This document shows positions 1 to 9,787 of a DNA stretch of 64,000 nucleotides, in pieces; the first letter of the stretch is position 1; each line of letters opens with the position of its first letter. Origin of the DNA: an uncultured virus (IMG/VR IMGVR_UViG_3300043419_001095) (lineage: Duplodnaviria > Heunggongvirae > Uroviricota > Caudoviricetes); the IMG/VR virus record IMGVR_UViG_3300043419_001095; one strand, 5' to 3'. The notes beneath the pieces were generated by a model. It was given only the letters and a program-made list of their open reading frames with translations, did not search any database and had not been told where the DNA came from. Position numbers and translations under genes: made by a program.

Positions 1-1693
1 GAATGCCGTTGGTAATGTCTATCCAATCTTGACGAGCATTTACTGTCGGATATACCCAACATTCAACAGTAAAGTCGCCTGTACCAAAGCCAAATGCCGT
101 GCTTGATGGTGTAGCTAAAAAATCACCGTTGCCATCAAAATAGATGCTACCGCCAAGCACACTTGGTGTGTAGGCTTGCTGGCTAAGGTAGGTCACGGAA
201 AACGGTGCAAATGCGGTTGGCCTTGGTTCGCCAAAAGCAGTTAGCGTGAAGTTGTTTGTGCTGTTGTCGATAAACCTGGTTGACTGGAGAGTGAGCAAGC
301 TCACGTTGCTCGCAGTTGCGCCTTGACTTGTTGTGGTCAGCGGAACAGTGCTTGGCGTGAAATTGGTGGTGTAGAGTGCCTGGCCTTTGACCACCCGAAG
401 ATTGCTTATGTATCCGAGCAATGCCCCAGTGGAGTTATCAAATCCGTTAACCCCGATAACGGGCCTGTTTGAATTGCCGATAACGTAGTTTCTGGTGTCA
501 GTGTTAGTGGTATTAACTTGGACACCATTAACATAGAGTCTGCCGCTGCTCGACTGTCTTGTGTAAGCTATGTGGTACCACGTCCCTACAACTAAGGTTC
601 CTCCTGACGTTATCTCTTGCCCTGACCCGGTAAACAAGTTAACGGTTCCGTTGCTTTGAATTCTTATCGCGAATCGCCCAGTGCCTGTTACGTCGGACTG
701 ATTGAGAGTGTCGTAAAGACTTCTTTCTGTTGAAAGAGACATGACATTAACCCACATCTCAATCGTAAAGTCCCCCGTCCCCATGCTAAATTGGGCCTGG
801 TTACTGGGGAGCGTCAAGTAGTCTCCAGCGCCATCAAAGTAGGCACTGTAATACGGCGTTGGCAACGTGGTCGCTGCAAACGGTCCAAACTTCTGCACAC
901 TGACATCGCCGAATCGTGTGATTGTGAACAGGTTTGCACTGTCATCAACAATGGTGGAGTCGCGGCAGGTCAGCAAACTTGTGCCTTGAACAGGCTGCAA
1001 TGGCACTGTGCTTGGCGTGAAGTTTGCCGTGTAAAGTGCCGTGCCTTTGACTATTCTGGCATTCGATATGTAACCAGTAAAATTTAGTGGGCTTGAAGTA
1101 TTGCCATAACGGCCTACTGCTATACCTGCTCCAGATTGAAACATTTGCGATGAATTGGTTGCGCTACCTCCAGCAAGAGTTAGAGCCACTCCATTAACAA
1201 AGGCGCGGAGCGTAGTAGAACTGCGGGTTACTGCAATGTGATACCAGTTGCCTGCCGTAAAAGAAAATGACCAAGACGGGTATGCGGCATTGGCTATTGC
1301 AAGGTCCAAAGTAGTGGCTCTTATAGTCATGTAGTCCGAGTTAGCCCCGTTCTCAGAACCAAATACCATGTTAAAGCTGTTTACAGTGGTTGGATAAATC
1401 CATGCTTCTAAAGTAAAATCCCCGGTCAACTGAAAAGCGGCATTTGCAGGCGCTGTTATGTAATCTCCAGTGCCATCGAAATAGTTGCTCCAGTTTTCAC
1501 CAAAAGGACTGAATGCGCCCTGTGTGGTATTGCCGTTGCGAGTGATGGTGAAGTTGTTCGTTGACGAATCAATAAACGTATTGTTCTGTGCGCCGTTCGT
1601 TCCACTGCTTTCCAGAAGTGTAGTGACGTTATCAAAAAACGGATCGCTTGTTGGCCCTGAAGCAACACGAGAAGTTTTGGAGGCTGCGAACAT
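1..1693 (-). CDS. LamG/ConA-like lectin-repeat tail-associated protein (3' end runs off the window)
   Basis: Own translation from ATG at 1693: MFAASKTSRVASGPTSDPFFDNVTTLL...; three repeats of YFDGxGD(Y/F)L...GDFT(L/I/V)ExW and WYHIAxTR...GYISNxRxVKG, typical of phage LamG domains. Absent from the ORF track, apparently because no stop falls inside the window. Confidence 0.85.
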   Translation of the reverse strand, partial: MFAASKTSRVASGPTSDPFFDNVTTLLESSGTNGAQNNTFIDSSTNNFTITRNGNTTQGAFSPFGENWSNYFDGTGDYITAPANAAFQLTGDFTLEAWIYPTTVNSFNMVFGSENGANSDYMTIRATTLDLAIANAAYPSWSFSFTAGNWYHIAVTRSSTTLRAFVNGVALTLAGGSATNSSQMFQSGAGIAVGRYGNTSSPLNFTGYISNARIVKGTALYTANFTPSTVPLQPVQGTSLLTCRDSTIVDDSANLFTITRFGDVSVQKFGPFAATTLPTPYYSAYFDGAGDYLTLPSNQAQFSMGTGDFTIEMWVNVMSLSTERSLYDTLNQSDVTGTGRFAIRIQSNGTVNLFTGSGQEITSGGTLVVGTWYHIAYTRQSSSGRLYVNGVQVNTTNTDTRNYVIGNSNRPVIGVNGFDNSTGALLGYISNLRVVKGQALYTTNFTPSTVPLTTTSQGATASNVSLLTLQSTRFIDNSTNNFTLTAFGEPRPTAFAPFSVTYLSQQAYTPSVLGGSIYFDGNGDFLATPSSTAFGFGTGDFTVECWVYPTVNARQDWIDITNGI

Positions 1694-1694
1694 A

Positions 1695-2147
1695 TCAGTA
1701 ATTCTGTGAAACGATTACGCCATACCAGTTCGTGCCGTCGCTGAAGAAGGAATACATGTCCATCTTGTTGGCAGTTCCAGTAATTGTTGGAGCAGTACCA
1801 CCTGGCCAAACCACAGTTGCCCAAGTAACTGAACGGCTACCCGTTGCGTCTTGCCTAAGCATGAGGATGAATGACTTGCCAGCAACCGCTGTAGGCATCG
1901 TGACTGTGGCGTTGCCTGTCAGCGTCAAGTTTTGGACAGTGCCGTTTGCCAGGTTAACCGTGATTGCTGTGCCCGTGTTGGCGGAAAACAGGGTCTCAAC
2001 GTAGTTGGTGACTGTTGGGTTTGTCAGTACAACGCCTGTCCCGGTAGAACCACTTGGAATGTCAAACGTATCACCCGAGGCGATTTCACCAAGAGCAGTC
2101 ACGTCTGTCGACGTATAAATGCTTTTTACAAGGTTGACTACTGGCAT
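1695..2147 (-). CDS. tail-fibre-associated structural protein
   Basis: Thr/Gly/Val-rich beta-type protein with LRQDATGSRSVTW...WPGGTAPT motif common in phage fibre accessory proteins; lies between the fibre and LamG genes. Confidence 0.7.
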   Translation of the reverse strand: MPVVNLVKSIYTSTDVTALGEIASGDTFDIPSGSTGTGVVLTNPTVTNYVETLFSANTGTAITVNLANGTVQNLTLTGNATVTMPTAVAGKSFILMLRQDATGSRSVTWATVVWPGGTAPTITGTANKMDMYSFFSDGTNWYGVIVSQNY

Positions 2148-2155
2148 GATTTACC

Positions 2156-4228
2156 TTACGCTGAAACGATGTTGATGTTGTCTTGCGTTCCATTTGCTTT
2201 ATAGAACGGAAGGGCATTGCTGTCAATCAGAGAGATTGCGTCATACGTGCCGCTGGACTTGTAGAACGGGAAAACGCCCCCGCCCCCGCCACCACCACCG
2301 GTTGAGCTAACTGTCTGGTTTGGCCAAGTGCCCGAGATGGTAACGTTAGCTCCGGCCACCAGGCTAGGGGTGGTAGTGCCGGTGCCGCCATTAGCAACGG
2401 GCAATGTGCCCGAAACATCGGTTGCAAGGGCCACCTGAGACAGCGACATGTTAGTGCCATTTGAGCGCAGTACCCGGTTGGCGGTCTGGGTTCCTACCAG
2501 GGCGTTAATTGCAGCTTGTTGCGTGGTTTGGCCAGTGCCGCCATTGGCAATTGCAACTGTGCCACTGACGTTGGCAGCTGTACCGGTCGTATTCTGGTTG
2601 CCTGTGGTGTTGACGCCTGGCAGGTTGATGTCGGCCGAACCGTTGAAGCTCACCCCGCCGATATTTCGGGCAGTCTGAAGCGTAGTTGCGGTGGTTGCGT
2701 TGCCGCTTAGCGCGGCCGTGACCGTGCCCGCACTGAAGTTGCCTGAGCCGTCGCGCGCGACAATGGCGTTCGCGGTGTTCGCACTGGTGGCGGTAGTGCC
2801 TGAGTTTGGAATCGAGATGGCCGTATTGGTGACGGACGTCACTTGACCCTGTGCGTTTGTGACAAACACAGGAACCTGTGACGCCGATCCGTATGTGCCC
2901 GCAGTGCCAATGTTGGCGATGTTGAAGGTAAATGACGGTGACTCGCTAAGCCCTGTGCCTGCCGTGTAGGTGATTGGCGCAGAAAACTGTTGGAACACGA
3001 TCGCTGTTGTGCCGATGGTAATGGGCAGGGGAGTCTGCTGCACCCAGGCAGTGTTGGCGTTGGCCGTGCCGCTGGTGACCAGAAAGAAGTCGCCCTCATC
3101 GATCTGATCGACCCCCGTACCGACAGAGTCAAAGTCCGTGGCGCGTGTCAAGATAAAAGGTGCGCCAGGCGATGCGTTGCCAGCTTGAGTCAGCGTGTAG
3201 ACACCGTTCTGAGCGCCGTTGGCCTGGTTCTTGATCAGAACACGCGTGCCGTTATCGGCAGGCGAAGTGAACGTGTACCCATCGATCGTCAAAGCGCCAT
3301 TGGCGTTTGCGGTAAGTGTTGCCCCTACGCCGCTCGTGCCATTGTTGTACGTGACGGCAGGCAGCGCTGCGGTGGTCGCATACTCCACTGCTTGATGAAA
3401 GTTAATGCCGGAAGCAATGGCGTCGGCATACTGCTTGTTGACGATGTCAGTGTTGTTGGTGGGGGCAGTGGTAATCGTGCCTGTTGTCAGAGCCACCGAA
3501 GTGATGTCCGTGTTCGCCCCTGACGCTGCGGCAGACAGGTTTGCTCGAGCATTTGTTGCAGTCGTTGCACCAGTGCCGCCATTTGCAACAGCCACAACGC
3601 CTGACACATTGCCCGCTGTGCCAGTGGTGTTCTGGTTCAATGTTGGGACATCCGCAGCTTGGATTGCGGACATGACCACATCTGTGCCGTCTCCTCGCAG
3701 GTACTGTCCAGCGGTCACTGCGCCAGCCAGTGCATCCATCGCCGCCTGGCGCGTCGTTTGGCCTGTGCCCCCCTGTGAGATGCCCAATGGTGTTCCAAGC
3801 GTCAAGGAGCTGAAATACGAGACCGCGTCCACCACGTTCACGCCATCCACGTACAGGTGCACCTTTGCGCCATTGGGGACAGTAATGCCCGTGCCTGCAG
3901 CGGTTTTTACAGTGATGCTCCGGCCACCAGTCGTATTGTTCTGAACGATGTACTGCTTTTCAATGGTCGGAACCACCAGGTTTCGTGGTGCGGTCAAGCT
4001 GCCCGTGGAGGTCATATTAAGGACCAGGGCACGCGCTGTTTGCGAAGCAACAGTGTCGGTGAGACTGATTGTCAGATCAGCGTCAGTTGTGAAGACCGGA
4101 TTCCCAAGGCCTGTGATTGCCTGTTCGATGGCCGTACCAATGTTGCTGTTGGTCGTCTCACCCCAGTTGCCAGCCTGATCGCCAGTTCCGATCAGCTCAA
4201 ATTTAAGCTCTGAAAACGTGCTTGCCAT
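2156..4228 (-). CDS. tail fibre protein 1
   Basis: N-terminal anchor MASTFSELKFELIGTGDQAGNWGETTN; repeated (V/I)ANGGTG fibre motifs; RVLIKNQANGAQNGVY...LTRATDFD module; poly-Gly hinge near the C-terminus. Confidence 0.85.
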   Translation of the reverse strand: MASTFSELKFELIGTGDQAGNWGETTNSNIGTAIEQAITGLGNPVFTTDADLTISLTDTVASQTARALVLNMTSTGSLTAPRNLVVPTIEKQYIVQNNTTGGRSITVKTAAGTGITVPNGAKVHLYVDGVNVVDAVSYFSSLTLGTPLGISQGGTGQTTRQAAMDALAGAVTAGQYLRGDGTDVVMSAIQAADVPTLNQNTTGTAGNVSGVVAVANGGTGATTATNARANLSAAASGANTDITSVALTTGTITTAPTNNTDIVNKQYADAIASGINFHQAVEYATTAALPAVTYNNGTSGVGATLTANANGALTIDGYTFTSPADNGTRVLIKNQANGAQNGVYTLTQAGNASPGAPFILTRATDFDSVGTGVDQIDEGDFFLVTSGTANANTAWVQQTPLPITIGTTAIVFQQFSAPITYTAGTGLSESPSFTFNIANIGTAGTYGSASQVPVFVTNAQGQVTSVTNTAISIPNSGTTATSANTANAIVARDGSGNFSAGTVTAALSGNATTATTLQTARNIGGVSFNGSADINLPGVNTTGNQNTTGTAANVSGTVAIANGGTGQTTQQAAINALVGTQTANRVLRSNGTNMSLSQVALATDVSGTLPVANGGTGTTTPSLVAGANVTISGTWPNQTVSSTGGGGGGGGVFPFYKSSGTYDAISLIDSNALPFYKANGTQDNINIVSA

Positions 4229-4237
4229 AATGAGTCC

Positions 4238-5689
4238 TTATGTAGAAACCGCAGTCCATGTAACGGCACTGCTGTCGTTAACGGGTCCCCATGCGATGGT
4301 GTTATTGTCGTTGACAGCGGACCATGTGACAACGTTGTCGTCGTTGACAACGCCCCAAACGAGTACGCCTGAAACCAGCCCTGTCGCCTGCACTCCTGTC
4401 ACCCGCACGGCCACACTGACGAAAACGATCTCGCCTACCTCGCCTACCGCCTGTACCCCGGTAACCGGAACAGAGGCTGAGGCTTGGATGGCCACCTGGC
4501 CAACCGAGGTTGTTCCCGTCACCCCAGTGACAGTCACCGCAGTCACCGTGTCTACCGTCACCTGGCCAACAGAGGCTGTTGCTGCTACCACCGTGACGGA
4601 AACCTCTGCATCCCCTGTCGTCGCTACTTGGCCAAGGAGGGCAGTACCAGCTACCCCTGTGACGGATACAGATGCTGAGGCTTGGATGGCGACCTGGCCA
4701 ACGGAAGCCGTTCCAGTGACCCCTGTGACAAGCACAGGGACAACGTTTGTCACCTCCACCTGGCCAACAGCGCCGACGCCCTGTACCCCCGTGAGGGCAA
4801 CGTCTGCTGCGCCTGCGACGGCCACCTGGCCAACAAAAGTGCTTGCCTGCACCCCCGTGAGGAGTACGGAAACGGAGGATTGGGTAGCTACTGTGACTTG
4901 ACCGAGGAAGGTATCTCCCTGCACCCCCGTAACAGCCACTTCTGCTGCGCCTGCGACGGCTACCTGGCCAACAAAAGTGCTTGCCTGCACCCCCGTAACA
5001 GCCACTTCTGCTGCGCCTGCGACGGCTACTTGGCCAACAAAAGAGGTGGCTTGTACCCCAGTGAGGAGTACGGAAACGGAACCCTGGGCATCTACCGTAA
5101 CCTGACCGAGAGCGGTGGTTCCCTGTACCCCCGTCACGGACACAACCGCTGCGCCCGATACTGCTACTTGTCCAACAAAGGAGTCTGCCTGCAGGCCGGT
5201 AACCGGGACAGGGGTTACCAGCTCTACCGCTACTTGTCCAACAACCGCAGTGCTCTCTACCCCAGTGACGGAGACGACTGCTTCACCCTGTACCGCCACC
5301 TGTCCAACAGCGGCTGTGCCTGCTACACCAGTGACAGGGACATCAACTGACGTTGTAGTGTCTACCGCTACTTGCCCGAGAGCGGTTGTGCCTACTACCC
5401 CAGTGACGGAGACGACAACTGACGTTGCGGTGTCTACCGTTACTTCACCAACGAATCCAGTTGCCTCTACGCCTGAAACAGCTACAAGCGCAGTGGCCGA
5501 TGTCTCGACCTGTCCAACGAATCCAGTTGCCTCTACGCCGACAAGGTTAACGGTGGCGCTTTCGGATTGCGTGACCTCGCCTACCGCTCCCGTCGCGGCA
5601 ATGTCAAGCGCGCCCTCCCCCCAAGGCTGATCTCCCCAGCCTACGCCAGACGCGTTCCATCCGTCAAAGGCAACAGCCGCATTGGACAT
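4238..5689 (-). CDS. Val/Thr/Gly/Ala-rich repeat virion protein
   Basis: About 20 imperfect 19-21 aa repeats of VTGVxxTxxVGQVxV; Trp-rich termini (GWGDQPWG, VWG...W...W). Confidence 0.8.
   Translation of the reverse strand: MSNAAVAFDGWNASGVGWGDQPWGEGALDIAATGAVGEVTQSESATVNLVGVEATGFVGQVETSATALVAVSGVEATGFVGEVTVDTATSVVVSVTGVVGTTALGQVAVDTTTSVDVPVTGVAGTAAVGQVAVQGEAVVSVTGVESTAVVGQVAVELVTPVPVTGLQADSFVGQVAVSGAAVVSVTGVQGTTALGQVTVDAQGSVSVLLTGVQATSFVGQVAVAGAAEVAVTGVQASTFVGQVAVAGAAEVAVTGVQGDTFLGQVTVATQSSVSVLLTGVQASTFVGQVAVAGAADVALTGVQGVGAVGQVEVTNVVPVLVTGVTGTASVGQVAIQASASVSVTGVAGTALLGQVATTGDAEVSVTVVAATASVGQVTVDTVTAVTVTGVTGTTSVGQVAIQASASVPVTGVQAVGEVGEIVFVSVAVRVTGVQATGLVSGVLVWGVVNDDNVVTWSAVNDNNTIAWGPVNDSSAVTWTAVST
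4803..5045. repeat. near-identical 57-bp coding repeats
   Basis: CTGCTGCGCCTGCGACGGCYACYTGGCCAACAAAAG occurs three times (about 4804, 4942, 4999). Confidence 0.8.
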
Positions 5690-5698
5690 CTACGACTT

Positions 5699-6136
5699 TT
5701 ATGCAATTCGGATAATCGCATTTGTAGCGTCAGCAGTCGGGAAAATAATGGTGAAAGTGCCTGCGGTAGACGTTTTTGCACCACCAAAATCCAGCACGCA
5801 AACGGTTGGATTGCCTGCTGCTGTGTCGTTGTAAATCAAAGCGCCAAAAGCGGTGATGGTCGCGCTGGTAAATGACAGATCAGCAAAGTCTGTGAACGCT
5901 GTTGTACCGCTAGATGTTGGCGTGATGTTGGTCAACGTGCCGCCACCAGCCGAGTAGCTACCAGAGGCCGATACTTCACCGGAGGTAGTGTAGGCAGTTG
6001 TCGCAGCGTTGAACGACGGAGTGTTGTCGTACAAAGCCAGTTTGAAAGTGTCGCCAGTGCTGGCCGTAAAGTTGTGCACTGCTTGCATCAGCTGTACTTT
6101 GAAGCTGGTGCACATGAAGTTGCCGTTGAATGCCAT
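5699..6136 (-). CDS. conserved virion structural protein
   Basis: CTSFKVQLMQAVHNF...FKLALY...GALIYN...VLDFGGAKTST; structural-module context. Confidence 0.75.
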   Translation of the reverse strand: MAFNGNFMCTSFKVQLMQAVHNFTASTGDTFKLALYDNTPSFNAATTAYTTSGEVSASGSYSAGGGTLTNITPTSSGTTAFTDFADLSFTSATITAFGALIYNDTAAGNPTVCVLDFGGAKTSTAGTFTIIFPTADATNAIIRIA

Positions 6137-6137
6137 T

Positions 6138-6425
6138 TTAATCTCCTAGTAAATGAACCAAGTTGGGGTGGCCCGCTTGGGTAAGCCTGGCCGCAATTGT
6201 TGCTCTGTCCTGCTCAATTGCCTCTTTCAGGTAAAACGCCACCACCTGTTTGACGTTTTCCTTAAATGCTCGGGCCTGCGCCTGCACCGCCGGGTGCGAC
6301 TGATCACCGATGTAGATGATCTTGTCAGCGGCGCGAGCGGCCAGCTCTTCAGCTGTCCAGCCGCGAGACTGCGTTGTTTCGACAAAGACACTGCCTGTAA
6401 AGACTTGAACGGGAGGTGTAATCAT
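6138..6425 (-). CDS. conserved hypothetical phage protein
   Basis: 95-aa ORF tightly packed with neighbours. Confidence 0.7.
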   Translation of the reverse strand: MITPPVQVFTGSVFVETTQSRGWTAEELAARAADKIIYIGDQSHPAVQAQARAFKENVKQVVAFYLKEAIEQDRATIAARLTQAGHPNLVHLLGD

Positions 6426-7081
6426 GGCCCTGGTGACTCCGACTTAAGTGGAATACGAAGCATACCATCTCGGTATTCGTCACGACGACGGCGACCCTGC
6501 TGCTCAGTGCCCAAGCCCTGTATGGCCTCTTTGTAGGCCGCGCGGAAATACTGCATCATTTCCGCAGGTCCCTTGGTGTAGCTGTAAGCCTGGATCAAGC
6601 ATGCATACAACAGCGCCTCCGGCGCGTTGTTGCTGATCCAGGTGGTCTGATTGGTTGAAGACAGTTGCGCGGGGCGATAGATATAGCCCAGTTCCACGCT
6701 GTAATTTTGATTTGGCGTGGGTGCAATGTAGAAAGTGTTCTGGTCCCACACTGAATAGTACTTGGGCGTGCCCTGCGTAGCGCCGTTGGCCCAATACTCC
6801 TTCATGAAGGACGTGTCTCGGAAGTCCAAGAAAATCTGGTCTCCATTGGAGGCCGTCAAGATCATGTAACGGTGCGTGAGCAGGTCAGATGGGGCAGTCA
6901 GGAACTTGTTGCCCTGAGTCATGTTGCCCGTAACTTCCAGCTTGAACACGTCCAGGTCGATCTCGCGGAGAATCTGGTTCTCCGCCATCGTGATGAAGGT
7001 GTTGATCACCGGCTCGGTAAAGACGTTGCTCCCTACCTCGGTGTAGTTGCGGATGTTGGTGACAAGTTCGTTGTAGTTCAT
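6422..7081 (-). CDS. head-tail adaptor/tail tubular-type protein
   Basis: Likely start MNYNELVTNIRNYTE at 7081 (ATGA overlap); GTPKYY...IAPTP...ALLYACL motif of podovirus adaptors. Confidence 0.7.
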   Translation of the reverse strand: MNYNELVTNIRNYTEVGSNVFTEPVINTFITMAENQILREIDLDVFKLEVTGNMTQGNKFLTAPSDLLTHRYMILTASNGDQIFLDFRDTSFMKEYWANGATQGTPKYYSVWDQNTFYIAPTPNQNYSVELGYIYRPAQLSSTNQTTWISNNAPEALLYACLIQAYSYTKGPAEMMQYFRAAYKEAIQGLGTEQQGRRRRDEYRDGMLRIPLKSESPGP

Positions 7082-7428
7082 GTGATGCTCACAGTCACTG
7101 ATCCGACAACACCCTGCGCGATGAGCGCCTGGTCTTGTACGTACGGCTGCATGTTGGTGCCGCCTCGCACGCTGCCATAACTTTGAAAAGCGGTAAAGCC
7201 TGGCGCGCCAACAAAGACGGACACAGGCTCGATGCGATCGGGACGCGGATCGCGCAGGGCAATGGCGTCGCCCCTGTAGCGCAGGGGCTCGAGTTGCGGC
7301 TCTTTCGGCTCGTAATCGTCTGGACACACCATGAAGCCGCGCCAGTTCTTGCGCAGGGTGTTGTACTGATACCGCTGGCCGCAGTAGTCGCACAGTCCAT
7401 AAGAGAATTTGCCGGTCGCAAAAGCCAT
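7078..7428 (-). CDS. conserved Cys-containing virion-module protein
   Basis: MAFATGKFSYGLCDYCG...VCPDDYEPKEPQL...DPRPD; start placed at 7428. Confidence 0.7.
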   Translation of the reverse strand: MAFATGKFSYGLCDYCGQRYQYNTLRKNWRGFMVCPDDYEPKEPQLEPLRYRGDAIALRDPRPDRIEPVSVFVGAPGFTAFQSYGSVRGGTNMQPYVQDQALIAQGVVGSVTVSIT

Positions 7429-7429
7429 G

Positions 7430-8095
7430 TCATACCCCCAAATCCGGTACGAATTGCACGCTTGCGGTGTCGCGATCCTCCAGGGCAGCGCGCTGGAAGT
7501 CTTCCTCATAGATTGCCTTGAGCGCCGCAGCGCGGTCAGCAGCAAACTTGAGGGACAGGTAGTACGCCAAGCCGGACGCCAAACAGGGCAAAAAGCGGAA
7601 GTTCACGTCTGCCGTGTTGGTGTAGTTGCCTGCGTCCTGGATGCGACGGATGCGGTAGTAGACGAACGTGTAGTTCTGATCTGCCGCCGGGTAAAAGTAC
7701 ACCTTCGGAACGTTGGTGCGCTGAACGTAAAACTGCGCAGGACGAGCCCGCGTTGTTTTGTCAGGGACATTGAGCCAGTCTTCGCGACTGATGCGCTCAA
7801 TGTAGACATCAGTGTTGATGCCTTGGTTGTTCTGACGAATGACCGCCTCAAGCACGTTGACAACCGATTCGTCCAACGAAATCTCGTTGACGCCAGCGGT
7901 CAACGGGAAAGTGGCCTGCTCGATTGTCCACAGGTTCAGCCCGCGATTGGCCCAGTCAAGGAAGAGCAGGTTGAGCGAGCGACGGGCCGACGAGAGTTGA
8001 TACCCGCTGGTCGCCCGTATGCCGCACCGCTCAAATGCTTCCTCAACCAGGTCGTCAATCGACAGGTTGAATGAGGTAGTGCCTGAGGTGGCCAT
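7430..8095 (-). CDS. head-tail connector/adaptor protein
   Basis: MATSGTTSFNLSIDDLVEEAFERCG...WANRGLNLWT...RFLPCLASGLAYYLS; structural context. Confidence 0.7.
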   Translation of the reverse strand: MATSGTTSFNLSIDDLVEEAFERCGIRATSGYQLSSARRSLNLLFLDWANRGLNLWTIEQATFPLTAGVNEISLDESVVNVLEAVIRQNNQGINTDVYIERISREDWLNVPDKTTRARPAQFYVQRTNVPKVYFYPAADQNYTFVYYRIRRIQDAGNYTNTADVNFRFLPCLASGLAYYLSLKFAADRAAALKAIYEEDFQRAALEDRDTASVQFVPDLGV

Positions 8096-8335
8096 TTAGC
8101 AGACTGCTCCGCCCTTTTTGTAGCCCTTGGCCATCATGCCACCGCCCATTTTGCCAATGGGCTTGCCCATGGCCATGCGCTTGTGCTCATTCATGCCACC
8201 TTTGTTGGCCATGCCACCTTTTTTCATCATCACCGGGCCAGTTTTCTTGCTTGGCTCAGACATGACTCGATTTTTGGGGCCACTTTCAACAGCCCCGCCG
8301 CCACGTGTGGCGCAACCCATACCTTTTCCAGCCAT
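8096..8335 (-). CDS. small basic Gly/Lys/Met-rich protein with KGG motifs
   Basis: MKKGG, ANKGG and YKKGG motifs; packed in the late operon. Confidence 0.7.
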   Translation of the reverse strand: MAGKGMGCATRGGGAVESGPKNRVMSEPSKKTGPVMMKKGGMANKGGMNEHKRMAMGKPIGKMGGGMMAKGYKKGGAVC

Positions 8336-8337
8336 GA

Positions 8338-8520
8338 TCAGGCTCCTTTCTTCATTGCACGGCCCTTGACGTCGGCCGTTTTACGAGAAACTGCACGGCC
8401 CATCTTGTCCGAAGCGGACTTCATGGCCATACCGCCTTTTTTCATCTTGCCAACGCCGTCAGCCGCAAAAGCAGGCACTGATTTGCCACCTTTTTTGACC
8501 ATTTTCATCGGTGCTTTCAT
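8338..8520 (-). CDS. small basic Lys/Met-rich protein
   Basis: 60 aa, VKKGG and MKKGG motifs; ATGA overlap with the upstream gene. Confidence 0.65.
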   Translation of the reverse strand: MKAPMKMVKKGGKSVPAFAADGVGKMKKGGMAMKSASDKMGRAVSRKTADVKGRAMKKGA

Positions 8521-8768
8521 ATCGTCCGTCCTTTTTGGATGTCATCGAGTTTCTGCTCGAGTCGATTAAACCTCTGATCCATGTGGTTGACCAGTTTTTC
8601 AATCCGATCGTCCACTTCCCTACGGGTGACGTGGTCCCTGGCAACTTCTTCGCGGGTTCGGTTCAGCAAAATGCTGATCCGAGACAACTCATCGAATTTG
8701 CTTTTAAGCAAAAATCCCATGAGTCCCACGATCGCTGTCAAAACGACGTTCCATACCATCATCTCCAC
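8517..8768 (-). CDS. small membrane protein (N-terminal TM helix plus coiled coil)
   Basis: Hydrophobic residues 5-21, then heptad-like RFNRLEQKLD. Confidence 0.7.
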   Translation of the reverse strand: MEMMVWNVVLTAIVGLMGFLLKSKFDELSRISILLNRTREEVARDHVTRREVDDRIEKLVNHMDQRFNRLEQKLDDIQKGRTI

Positions 8769-8771
8769 GAT

Positions 8772-9056
8772 TTAGCACCTCCAACGCTTTCGCGCTTGGC
8801 GGAGCCTGCTGTTCGGGTCTTTGGCAGCTTCAGGAAAATCCTTCATCTGGCCCTCGGACCGCGCACAGTACGATGCTCGGCGCTTTGCCTCTGCAGCCGT
8901 CGGTGTCTTGGTGGTCACCGCCGTCTTCAGTTTGCTTCCAGGATTGGCCTTGCGGTACGCCGCAACGCCTTTTTTGGTCATGCCTGCGCCTTCCTTGGTG
9001 GCGCGGAAGTTTCCGCTCTTCACCGAGGTTTTGATGCCCATGCCTTTGGAAGCCAT
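8772..9056 (-). CDS. conserved basic phage protein (DUF6321-like)
   Basis: GMTKKGVAAYRKANPGSKLK...RRASYCAR...DPNSRLRQARKRWRC. Confidence 0.7.
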   Translation of the reverse strand: MASKGMGIKTSVKSGNFRATKEGAGMTKKGVAAYRKANPGSKLKTAVTTKTPTAAEAKRRASYCARSEGQMKDFPEAAKDPNSRLRQARKRWRC

Positions 9057-9358
9057 TACGCAGCCGCTCCGCCGTAAAACATGAGCGTTACGCTGGTCAC
9101 TTGCGCATCATTGACGTCAATGAACACGCCGTCCGGGAACAGGATGCCAACGTCAGGAAGGATGATGTCGTAAGCACCGGCTGACGCCGGAGTGATGATG
9201 GTCATTAATGCAGTACCGGCTGACGTCGACCCATTCTTCAAAGAAAAAGATGACGCCGTTCCAGTGCATGTGTAGTAGAGGCCAGCAACGCGAGTTCTCC
9301 CCGCGACTGCTCGGGCATCAGCAGTCTTAGTGACTGTTTGGATGTTGCTGTTGCTCAT
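9056..9358 (-). CDS. small virion structural protein
   Basis: 100-aa beta-rich protein with GILFPDGVF motif, downstream of capsid genes. Confidence 0.65.
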   Translation of the reverse strand: MSNSNIQTVTKTADARAVAGRTRVAGLYYTCTGTASSFSLKNGSTSAGTALMTIITPASAGAYDIILPDVGILFPDGVFIDVNDAQVTSVTLMFYGGAAA

Positions 9359-9370
9359 GGCGAGCCTCTA

Positions 9371-9703
9371 TTAGGCAGCGATGACGATCACGCCATAGGT
9401 TGCAGCAGCTGGGTCCACGGGAGACCCAGAAATGTTGGACGCGCGGATGGTCACGGTATTGGCAGCCGAGACGAATGCGTTGAAGACCAGGCCAGCAGCG
9501 GGGGCAGCAGGCAGAGCCATGATGACTTCGTCGCCAACAGCAGCGCCGGTGACGGTGATAGTCAAGCTAGCTTGGGAAGCTGCACTGATTGAGCCGAAAT
9601 CTAGGGAAGCGGAGCCAGAGCGCACTTTGGTGATGGTGCTGCCGTCGCCAGCGATAAAGCCGTTCAACGAGCGTACTGGGCCGGAGAAGGTGGTCAAAGC
9701 CAT
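9371..9703 (-). CDS. capsid decoration/head fibre protein
   Basis: Start MALTTFSGPVRSLNGF at 9703 after a GAGGA RBS; first gene after the major capsid gene. Confidence 0.7.
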   Translation of the reverse strand: MALTTFSGPVRSLNGFIAGDGSTITKVRSGSASLDFGSISAASQASLTITVTGAAVGDEVIMALPAAPAAGLVFNAFVSAANTVTIRASNISGSPVDPAAATYGVIVIAA

Positions 9704-9710
9704 GATTGAT

Positions 9711-9787
9711 TCCTCATGCGGTTGAGGCGTATCTGTCTGCATGACGTCAGCCCCGGGGCTGTCAGATACACCGAATAAATCCGGGAT
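9711..9787 (-). ncRNA. candidate double-pseudoknot 5' leader RNA
   Basis: Three crossing helices (CCCGG/CCGGG, GGUGUAUCUG/CAGAUACGCC, UCAUGC/GCAUGA); the last overlaps the RBS; TATATT -10 box at 9794-9799. Confidence 0.5.

Noticed and set aside
340..1080. Similar DNA blocks in the LamG gene as a possible DGR template/variable pair
   Set aside because: Differences are not adenine-specific, both copies are in-frame domain repeats, and no reverse transcriptase is present.
6422..7393. Upstream-extended starts given by the ORF track (e.g. 7393, 9805, 14093, 41164)
   Set aside because: The extensions overlap neighbouring genes; downstream ATGs have an RBS or stop-start coupling.
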